Assembly: GCF_964355755.1 (NCBI RefSeq)
Contig: NC_092673.1
Location: forward strand, 25,789,648 to 25,853,647
Source of the DNA: Antedon mediterranea
Lineage: Eukaryota > Animalia > Echinodermata
Direction of reading: 5' to 3'
DNA: 64,000 nucleotides
Of this stretch, positions 13,401-23,800 are shown one piece after another. The notes below the pieces were generated by a model, which saw only the letters and a list, made by a program, of their open reading frames with translations, had not been told where the DNA came from and did no database searches. A program made the translations under genes and the position numbers. Numbering within the stretch: the first letter of the stretch is position 1; each line of letters starts with the position of its first letter.

Positions 13401-14237
13401 GAAACAGTTTTACTTCACCTCATGCATAATTAGGAGGATGTGGAAGTCCCATCCTCTAACTTTACAAAATAGAAAATCCGATGGGTTGATCCCTTCAATA
13501 TTAAGAAGACAATTTCTTCTATTTGTTAAGGCTCTGTCTACACTATCAAACTTTATGTGACAAACAAATGTGACGTGCCCATATGCGGACATGATGATGT
13601 CATATCACTACTATATTTAAGCATATCACTACCATATTTAAGCATATCACTACCATATTTAAGAACATCACACTTTTTTGTCAAAGTAGTTTGATAGTGT
13701 AGTTTAACTATTTTAATTGTTTTTTTAAGCCTGAAAGACAATATATTTTAATTTAATTTTTTTAATGTAATATGTTTCCATGAATAGTCAAATTAATTCT
13801 TAAATACGAAAAAACACAATTAATAACTGAAAAAAATGGTATTAACACGCTTGATAAAAATTAATGTAGATGGAGTTTAACGAATTACTACAAATAGAAA
13901 TGTGTTAATTTATCCCGGACCCCCCCCCCCCCTCACTCTATTCGAGAAGAGGGAGGGACATATTCAAAGCGGGTAAATACGGCGTTTGACTTCGCGGGAT
14001 ATTGACTTCGCGGTAATTGACGACCTCATCAATAATTTTTATTATATATTCATTATGTCCTTTGATTTCCTTTTGTGCTTCTACAGTACACACATTTCTT
14101 AATTGAAGAAAATATATAAAATAATACCTAATGGCCCATCGACAGTTTATTTATAATTATCTTTGAAATAGTTTTAATGATGTTTTGTTTGTCAAAGAGC
14201 TTAACGTTGGAAAATATATGTAATGCATAATGGTGTT
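10231..14237. repeat. Recent tandem duplication (10231-12403 and 12404-14237) containing a ~460-bp block present three times
   Basis: Both units start TAGAGCAGAGGAATGAAAG and end GCATAATGGTGTT. The block occurs at 10455-10918, 10920-11363 and 12626-13089. Confidence 0.9.
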
Positions 14238-15649
14238 TTACCAAACCGATTGAGTGTGAATGCTACGAGGTTTTACGTATCGAAACAATTTCTTTACAAA
14301 AACCATGGATGCAATGTGTTTATGAATATTTCACAATCATAACTGAGATGACAGATGAGAAAAACATACACAGGCTATTCTACATGACCACGTGTCTGGG
14401 TTTTCAATCAATCATCTATGAGAGTGATCCGGGGGTACGGTATCACCAACCTCACCCTAAATTTCACTCAAACTCCATCTATGTGTCCTTCTCATAGGTG
14501 CTCAGCAAAAACGTGGTGTTGATAACTGCAGTTAGGCATTCTTGTTTTCGACGTACTTCTCGGAATAACCAAACAAATAGCCTAGCACACAACCAAAATG
14601 TTTCATTTTCTTATTCATTTTATTGTTAAAATATATTTTTTTCATCTAAATTTTCTTATCAAAATAGCAAATATAATATATGAACTCATCATGAGCAAGA
14701 TACAAAAAATTAAGTTACGCATACGTTCCTGACTATAATGCTTGGTTCCCACTTTAGACGCAATGCAAGGACGTAAACGCACGTAAGTAACGCGCACGAT
14801 TCGACCAATCACAAGAGATGAATTTATTGGTCAACTCGCTTGCGTTGCGTCTACGTCATTGCGCTGCGTCTAGTTGGAACCACGCTTAAATAAGCTTATT
14901 ATAATAAATATTGGTAGTAGACGTTATATTAAATATACTATTAATAAATACTTGTAATAGATAAATCTCAAGGTATCTAAAATAATCTATTATACATATA
15001 GATTCAGCTGCATGTATTGTCTTCGTTATTAGTAATCATAAGCGATTGTCTACATAAATATATAATTGCACGATATATAAATAAACCCTAACTACACAAG
15101 CGAGATCGAAATAAGAGGCGTAATGAAGAAATGGATTAAATGTAAAACTGGTTTGCTGGCTAATTTATATTTGCAACGCTTATTTTTACGGTTATGGAAA
15201 TAAAAGAGTAAAGTAGATTTTTTTTTTTCATTCGTCAATGACGAATAATTGATTGTACTTCATAGCAAATTTGGAACGAAAATACTGTTGCTAAATTAGG
15301 GCTACTACAATTGAGTATATCTAATTTGACTCTATATGTTCCTCATGTCTCGTCTTATTAATTTAAAAAAGGTTAGCTACCCCCTTGAAACTAATTCTTG
15401 TAGGCATAGGTTTTACCAGACCGGTTGATAAATACTAATAGAATAGTGCTAATTGGTGAAATGCCAGACCAACAGATTTTGAATACACCCATTTCTCACA
15501 CACATTTTGTTCAAAGTAATACCAGAAACATTAAGCATTATTTTAGCACACATACAATTAAATAAAGTCAAGTTATACACATCTACACAATTGATTTTGT
15601 GACCGTACATAACTTGTCTCACAAAAATGATTACAAACACTACTAGCGA

Positions 15650-18044
15650 CTAAATGTTCATTTGTATCTCGATTCTCCTTATAGCTAAAACGGCTGTAGG
15701 AAGTATCTTCACGCGACATGCAGATACCTCCAATCGGCCAATAACGTCTCCCCATCCGTCATTTGTACATACATGTGGATCATAACGAAAGGTTGTGGCA
15801 TTCATTATCTAAAATTATAAAATACATATGAAATTGTTAATTTGACGAAACTTTTAAAACACATTGTAGCATCGAAATGATGGGATTTGTGGAAAAAACA
15901 TATAGAGCACGCATGTTCTCTTGCACTGTACATAATTTTAATGTAAAACAGGAAATAGCCTATGCCTAATTTTTATAGGGATGTCAGAGGATGACAAATA
16001 ATAATACTGTACTGTACTAGGAAATTAATAATAATAATATCAAACATTCATAAACCGCTCTTTACCGGAATCTCACATCGCAATATGAAAGGTTTTAAGG
16101 AGAGATTTGAATTTGAATTGAAATGTAAAAATGCTAAATTCCACTTACATTTCTGGCTTCGGTTATCGCATCAACAGTCTTGTTTACTATAATTCCAATG
16201 AACGCAAACTGCTCATCTGAGGTGACGTTATTTTTTACATGAGACTCGTAAAGAGACGTAAATAGGCAATGGTAATTCTCCAACGAATACAGCATATCTT
16301 TTAAAATTTCCACCTGCAAAAATAACTTAGCTAAATTATTATTTATAAGAATTACTGTACGGTTGTGTCTCGAATACGAAACATTCAAATAAGCCCTGCT
16401 TAACTATCGTAAAACCTAAAAAAAAAGAAGCACCCCTTTCTTTTCGAAAAGACTCCCCTGTTTGGTTTGCAAAAGTAATCTCGAAAAGAAGCCCTTTTCA
16501 AAATAAAGATACTGTAGATAGGCTTCTCTTAATGCCAGATGCAGAATAATAATGTATGATCGTATTTATATCGTACATTTTTTGTTGGTGTTTTGATCTA
16601 CTTCGTTGGCTAAAAAAAATTATTTACAGGGAATTTCTCAAAACCATATTATTGTATTAGCAATTCACAAGATGAGGATGCACATTGGTTTTATTTTGGG
16701 ATGCGAGAAAAATTGACATCAAACAGCCCTCTTATTTTTTTTATTATTATTTTTATTTAAAAATAAGTAGGTTAAATACCGTATTGTTTTTTCCAAGGAG
16801 AGAAATATATAGACTGGGAAAATGAATAGTGCACACATTTGCAGCTGCAGAAATTGAATCCTGTGAATAAATGTATAGAAAACAGTTAATACAGCTATTA
16901 TTACAGTTCAATTATTATCAACGTGATATTTGGTGTAAAACTTAGGGGATATAATATGAGACAATAATGATAACGGTGTATTATTAATCAATTGTTTTAA
17001 GTGTGATCCATCAAATAAAGATATGAGATGTGATTGGAAGATAGTGAATGAATGATATTTTTAAAAGACGGAAGCCCAGATCAGTGATATCACTGAGGCC
17101 TTCCACTGGGGCTCCTGTACTAATAATATGTACTTATCTCAAATTTAACAAAGACTAATAAAGTTGAAGAAGCCTAAAGCAAAACCTTATTCATCAATCA
17201 TGTTAACAATTTCAATTACTTATAACATTTATCAATACTAGATATTTGGCACTTTACATTTAAAAAATTCAGCAGGATAGTTAATTAAAGATATAATACG
17301 GTTGAAGAGAATTTTTGTAATAAATGTGTTGAGAGGTGACCTCATTGTTCACACTGCCTTTTAATATAATAATAAAGTAAACTTACCTTTAATTCAAGCG
17401 TATCTTCTATAACTTTACACAGATTTGCGATTGGTTCAAAAAGTGGCGTCAAATTGACTTCAGTATCCCATGCTGGTGCGATTGGTTCAAAAAGTGATGT
17501 CAAATTGACTTCAGTAACCCATGCTGGTGTAGCCACCACCGTTGTCGCAGGTAGTGTAGTCGGCGCTCCGACTGCAAATGTCATCACGTACCCAATCAAT
17601 AATATTACTAAAATTATTGAGAACATTTCAAATTATAATTTGACAATTTTGTTTAGAATCATAAACTGCTAAAGATTACCAGTTTATTTTGATTTTACAA
17701 TTGATTGACAAATTGATTCATGTTCGTTTAAAATTATTATCAAATCGCCGCATATTTTCATAGCTTTAGGCCTAGGGTCAACTCATTTGTTAGTTAACCT
17801 GATGATCCGACCCACTTAATAAAATTCTGATTTTCTCCTCACACAACATAATAAACAAAACCAATCCAACAATCCATCACGACAGAAAGCACATTCATCT
17901 AACACGAATGAAATAAATTCAAAACATTTATGAAACCTTAAGTTTTACTAATAAATCAACAAAACAATTAGTGTAACTATTGAGAAGTATATCAGTAAAA
18001 ATAAATAATTGTATCCACTCACCGTAAGATGTATAAGAAGCCAT
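15650..18044 (-). CDS. Secreted 215-aa protein, candidate long-chain four-helix cytokine, gene B. Exons 18044-18023, 17607-17387, 16860-16780, 16313-16149, 15808-15650
   Basis: All introns GT-AG, phases 1,0,0,0, first coding exon 22 nt as in gene A. Spliced product: MASYTSYVILLIGYVMTFAVGAPTTLPATTVVATPAWVTEVNLTSLFEPIAPAWDTEVNLTPLFEPIANLCKVIEDTLELKDSISAAANVCTIHFPSLYISLLGKNNTVEILKDMLYSLENYHCLFTSLYESHVKNNVTSDEQFAFIGIIVNKTVDAITEARNIMNATTFRYDPHVCTNDGWGDVIGRLEVSACRVKILPTAVLAIRRIEIQMNI*. Signal peptide ending near AVG-AP, 5 Cys, several sequons. Confidence 0.75.
17426..17527 (-). repeat. In-frame 51-bp tandem duplication in exon 2 of gene B
   Basis: Units 17426-17476 and 17477-17527 encode PAW(V/D)TEVNLT(S/P)LFEPIA twice. 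Confidence 0.95.
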
Positions 18045-18180
18045 CGCCAATATATTCAAAACAAATTATAACAAAGTATAAATCTAATATCTTTAATCCA
18101 AATTGAAGTTATATTTCTTGATAAGTAGTTCTTCAGTGTCTCAATGAGAGCGTTTAGTTGAAAATATCAAACTTTGCCAC

Positions 18181-18213
18181 ATTTATAGACATGGGAGGAT
18201 GGCCGCCGGAAGT
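18181..18213 (-). promoter_or_regulatory. Putative core promoter of gene B: TATA box and ETS motif
   Basis: TATAAAT on the minus strand at 18187-18181, about 137 bp upstream of the ATG. CCGGAAGT at 18206-18213. Confidence 0.5.
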
Positions 18214-18940
18214 ATAGTATTTTATTAATTGCAAAAACTGGGACAGCCTCTTACTAAAGATTATGCGCAGTATGCCTGTATATTTGACTTTTAACTTGAA
18301 TCTATAAATAACTTTATTGTTTATCCAAGAATTTTTTTTCCGCCGGAAAAATACACTAGTTGCTATTTACGTAAGTTGATAATTATTAATAACGTACTAT
18401 CATTTTTTTTTCTACAGGATCTGAGACAGAAATAAGGTGGGTGTTCTCTTTATATCTTGAAGGCAACGTATTTTTTTAATTTGATTTTACCAACCCACAG
18501 TAGTCTGATATGGATACTGATATTTATTAAAAATAACCTATTACTCTAGTAACCTTTTTTTTTTATTGGTAAAACGGTTCTGAGTGGCAGTTAGGTCACC
18601 CAACATTTTGAAAGATATTGCAATTTCTTTTTCTTTTTTTATATTGATATTCAATACCTAAATGCTAATTATTATTCTAATAAAATTTAATTTTAACTCC
18701 ATTCAACCTATAGCTTTTAAAACGTTGCACACATTTTGAGTGGGTTTTTTTTTAATGACTAACGAATAATAAATCAATGCAACCTCCTCCCACAAAAAAC
18801 AGAAGGTATACTATTGACTGTTACATCAATGTGATAAAGGTGCGGTGTTGCATATTTTTTGTTTTTGTTTTATTACACTTTATTTATAGAGGGTAACCCT
18901 AAACAGCGTATGCTGACAATCAAGGGACCCTCTTGAGAGA

Positions 18941-19167
18941 TTGGCTGTGTGTATACTAGTACACCGAGGTAACCCCCTACTCGTCTCGAAAGATGTAGGC
19001 CTACTAGGTTCTTTAAAGTGCACATGAGCCAGATGTGTACACTGGACCTAAGGTTTATTGTACTTATCCGAGAAGACTCGTTCTACCACCAGACCCATGG
19101 AGTTTAGGCTCGAACCCTTGCCAATGTTAATATGGCAAGGTATTACGGTTCCACTGTCTTAACCGCT
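18941..19167 (-). mobile_element. Deu/Nin-domain tRNA-SINE family C copy
   Basis: Colinear with 38660-38915. Confidence 0.75.
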
Positions 19168-20556
19168 TATATGATTTGTTATGTCTTGATTGTTGGTGGA
19201 CGCCTGTGAATGTTTAGTGGTAATCTTTGCTAATTGTTACATGAAGGATGGGGAAATGTTTATATTCTACAGGGAAACCATTAGCATTGCTCTTAATGTG
19301 AAAATGTGACTAATAAAACATCTCGAATAAGCTGGCCTGGCATTATTAAAAAAACTCAATCAGCTCCAGAAGCATTTAGACCATCATTCTTTATTATCAA
19401 TAATGACGTGCAAAACCAGTATAGTTTGTTACAATTCACATTATTTATTAAGCTATGTCTACACTCTCAAACTAGTTGTGATGTGCCCAAATATGGTAGA
19501 GATGTTTCCAAGTATGATAGTGATATTACATCATCATGTCCATGGGGACATCACATTTTTTGTGTCAAATAAAGTTTGATAAAGTGTAGACAGAGCGTAA
19601 TTCTGCGCAATTATTTTCTTTATCTTTCCCACCCATCTGATTCCATTTGGCATCCTTGATAGTTGGTCAGCATAGATCCTGAAGGAAGTGGTAAAATATT
19701 CTATAGCGTGGTTTATTACAAAACGTCCTGACGTTTAGTCACTAACGTTATTTTATAAACTTAACCATTAAATATTGAACAACGTGCCATAACATTTCAA
19801 TTTATTAGATTGTTTTTAGGTTTTGTGTTTTTTTTTACTTTTTTCGTTTTTAATAATAAAATGAATTGTTTAATAAAATAGGGCTCTTCTGTTAGCGGAT
19901 TTGGTCAGTGTTAGTGGTAGTTGTGTTTTTTCTGTGGATTCCAACAGCACTCTCCACACCTCCTCATTTCCCAGCCCGCTTACAGTATTGGTTTCTTGGT
20001 AATTAGCCCTAATATTGATTTGATTTGCGAGTGTAACCTTTTAGAAGCCCAATTGTTCACCTCTTTTTAACTTTTAGAATGGAAAAGGCATTATATTTTT
20101 TTGTTGGTTCCCACTAGGACGAAATGCCAAACTTTGACCAATCACGAGGCGATAGATGATAAGTGCGCTTGCGTATGCTACTTCTTGTGTTCCGTTCTAG
20201 GGGATTGAGAACTAAGCTTTACCATGCATTTGGTGCACGTGGTGCTTTTCCTAATACACCTTTATTATTACCAATTGGTCTAATTATTACTGAGTAGGTC
20301 CTTGCTTTATAAGTATGTATAAGCTTTAAATTTAAATGTGCGGCGCTTAAGTTATAATACGACTCTTCCAGTCATCGGATCATTACTTCATTTAACACGA
20401 GCCCAGACTTCTTAGAATTGTGTACAGTACAGAATGTTTTCTTATTACTGATTTTATTGGATTTATTTTATGCCAACATAGCAAACCAGCCTATTGAATA
20501 CTGGAAAATCATTACAGTGATTACTTTTCTGGTAAAACTTGTATAGTAGGGTCTCG

Positions 20557-20790
20557 ATGTGACGTCACATTTTGATAGTCCAGTTGTGGATAACTTAAAT
20601 GTGAAAGTTATATATAATATGGAAGTAAAAATACAGCTGTTAGTTCTTTTTTTACTGTATAATAGTTTAGGCCTCTAAAACTCATCCGAAAGGGAATTCC
20701 CCTAACTTGACGTCACAATCTCTAACCACTTCCCATTGGTTGATATATTTACAGGTTGTACTTATTTTCCAAGGCACGTTGTGACGTAAA
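20557..20790. promoter_or_regulatory. Promoter region of FUOM with two CRE palindromes, a kappaB palindrome and a CCAAT box
   Basis: TGACGTCA at 20560-20567 and 20708-20715, GGGAATTCCC at 20692-20701, ATTGG near 20735, all within 270 bp of the FUOM ATG. Confidence 0.55.
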
Positions 20791-20824
20791 GTTCAAGTTC
20801 GCTGAACCATAACCTTTTTCCAAA

Positions 20825-23800
20825 ATGGTTGTTTTGAAGAATATACCGTCTATTATTTCTCCTGAACTTTTGTACGCTTTGGCCCAAATGGGCCATGGAG
20901 ATGAAATAGGTTAGTACAGAAACATTCTTCAGTACTGAAATAATAACATATATTAACATATTATGTGATAATATACCCCTTTTTCACTTACAAATAGGCC
21001 GCTGTAGCCTACTACCGGTTTAGCTTACCTAAACTACACCACCACTGCTGAGTCTACTGTGTGTACTAGGCCTACTCTACTACTGTACTAGCTAGCTAGC
21101 TCAGCTAGGCAGAGTAAGCCGCTAGCTACTTTACTATACAGTAGTAGTAGAAAATACCCTACCTGAATGTGGTCAGTCACGATTTTTCAATAATTAATAT
21201 TAATAAAAGCAATATGAAAATGAATTTTCTAAAATCACATGAAAAATAAATTAAAAGCATGACTTTCAGAAAAGTATATAAATGTTGCTGGTTGTTCTTG
21301 ACAATTAGTAATAATAATACTTATTATATAGTAGTCAGTCAGCACCGATTAACACGTAATAATTTAATATTAAATACTTTTCATAAGTAGATCCTTGATG
21401 AGATTTTAGACCTATAACTGACCTTGAATAGCACTGGTGATTGGTACTAAAAAGTAATTGTTTTAATAAAACTTTATGTCATTCAGTAGCCTACTGTTAT
21501 ACGTAAATTACCTTACTTAATTTGAATGACAGTGTGAATAAACTAGGACAGGTTAAACCAAAACTAACGGAGCAGACAGACAAAATATTGCCGAAATGCT
21601 GGTAGCTATCGACCCATTAATACAATCTGAATGATCAATCACATTGCATATAAATTGATTGCAGTAGAGATTGCAATGAAATGATACCTTTGGGACCCAA
21701 CAAAGTGTCCCCTTGAAGATGTATTGTCCCCCAAAAACATGAAAAGTGAAGATTAATTAAATCAGACTTTGAATAGCTTATTTTGTAGTTTTAATAAAGT
21801 TAATCACTTGCGTAGAAAAAAAAACCGAAAAAATTGATTTTTCACTAATACAATAATTTTCAAAAATAAATGGTTCAACCAAACATCATTAGCTTTCAGC
21901 CAATTTGACTATTTTTGCTTTAAATTACAGTTTTTGGTCACTATTATGATATCAAATTGGCATATTCGACAAAAAAATGTAAAAAAATATTCTGTCAGGG
22001 GGACAATACAGTACATCTTTAATAGCGGTTGACCATTAAGGTGCTAATATTTCTCCTCGTTTGTTTTACAGGAACGTGTCCCCTGTTATGAGGTGTTTTT
22101 ATTCCTAGTTGGTTACAAGAACGTTAGTTGATCATACCCAGTAATGTATTGATCACGCTATCATTAGAAAAGATTTTTGGACAAAACATTTTTTCCAAGG
22201 CAATATCTGTGTATTTATTCCTTTAAAATGTTATACCCTGATATTATATATTGATTATTATTGTTTTATTATCTGTCTTATTAAAAATAAAAACAAAAAC
22301 ATACTCTAAATCTGAAATACATTCAGATCTACAGTAGATCTAGAGGTCGACGGTGACATACGTGTCACTACACTTTGAGAAAGCCAACTGATAGTTTGGC
22401 GAAACGTCAGGTAAATAAAATAATCGTTTTTTACCATTATTACTATTATGGTTGAGATATAATTAACTATTATATTTTATCTGAAATACATTCAATTTTA
22501 CACATTTTTAGAAGTTATTTTAATAATTATTTTGAAAGATCGAGGTACCATGTTTCGAGGAATTCCCATCTGGAAAAAATGTTAATAACTTTAATTAGCC
22601 TTTACCATGCTTGTATTGAGTAATATAGTTAAAGTGTACGTCAATACTACACTTGTGGTTTCTAAAGGGTGGTTGCTAATCTAATTTGGAAATACATAAA
22701 TCTAAGGAAATGATATTTGGAAGCAATTGAAAAAGCCCTTCCGCCTCTTTCCTTCCCGGAATTGATAATAAATCTATACCATCGTGTAATTAAAATTATT
22801 TAATTTGATTTAATTAATTTTTTCTATAAAGCATAATTGTAGTTACATTACATTATAAAGTAAATGTATAATTAGATTTGACAGTAACCATCATTCAAAA
22901 TATCAATTAGTATAACATAGTATAATATTTATAGTAATAATAATATTAAATAATATAATAGCATAATAATACAATACGAAATTCCCTTATTGTCCAAGAA
23001 AATGAAAATTACTATATGGCTCATGACTACCACAGAAAAATACTTAAATTATCAGTTATATTTATAAATTATAGTTTAGTTATTCATGTCTTTTTAATTT
23101 TTAATATGTTCTGTTTTGTTTCTTGGACCGCACCGCATATTGTGAGTGCCACTGATTCAAAGGTATGGTAAAAAAATATATAAATAAATATCCTAACTTT
23201 AAGTATTTTAAATTATAGTCGGTCATCCCAGCTGTGCAGGAAGAGGTTTAATGCATTTTGGTCCTCCGCATATAGTATGCCTTTCTATCCATAATTTCAT
23301 ATTTAAAGACTATCTTATACCATATTTAAGTGTAGTACAGTTATAGAAACTTTTTCAATGACGACATCAAGTGACCAAACGTTGCGTTCATGATGTCAGT
23401 CTGATGCTTGTAGATCATTCATCTTTGTAATGTAATGTGACATTTATATAGCGCTATTTCATGAAGATCAGAGCGCTGTGGACTTAGATGTTACACCTTT
23501 TCAACAACATTCTTCTCCCCTAAGGGTCACATCGTGTCATCAGCAGCCAACTGCGATATTAAATGTCCATTTGCATCAAACCAAGAACCAATTGTTTTTA
23601 ACTCATTGTTTATAGTATCTGCGAAGACTTGTTCTACCACCAGAACCATGGAGCGAGTGAGCCTTGAACCCTGGCTATGGATTACGGTTCTACTGTCTTA
23701 ACCACTCGGCTGTGACTCACTCATCCTCGAGTCTTTGTGCGTGGACCCAACTATGCAATAATCTGCGTAATGGCATTAACAATTTCAGTAGTCAGTTGAA

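Noticed and set aside
16513-16609. Alternative exon 3 for gene B (one frame reads QRSRSKHQQKMYDINTIIH, superficially like gene A exon 3)
   Set aside because: It is 97 nt and has a stop in phase 0. The 81-nt exon at 16780-16860 has clean splice signals and keeps frame.
17342-17626. ORF-track single-exon 94-aa secreted peptide starting MFSIILV
   Set aside because: Better explained as exon 2 of gene B (acceptor at 17608-17609, donor at 17386-17385), with the ATG lying in the intron.
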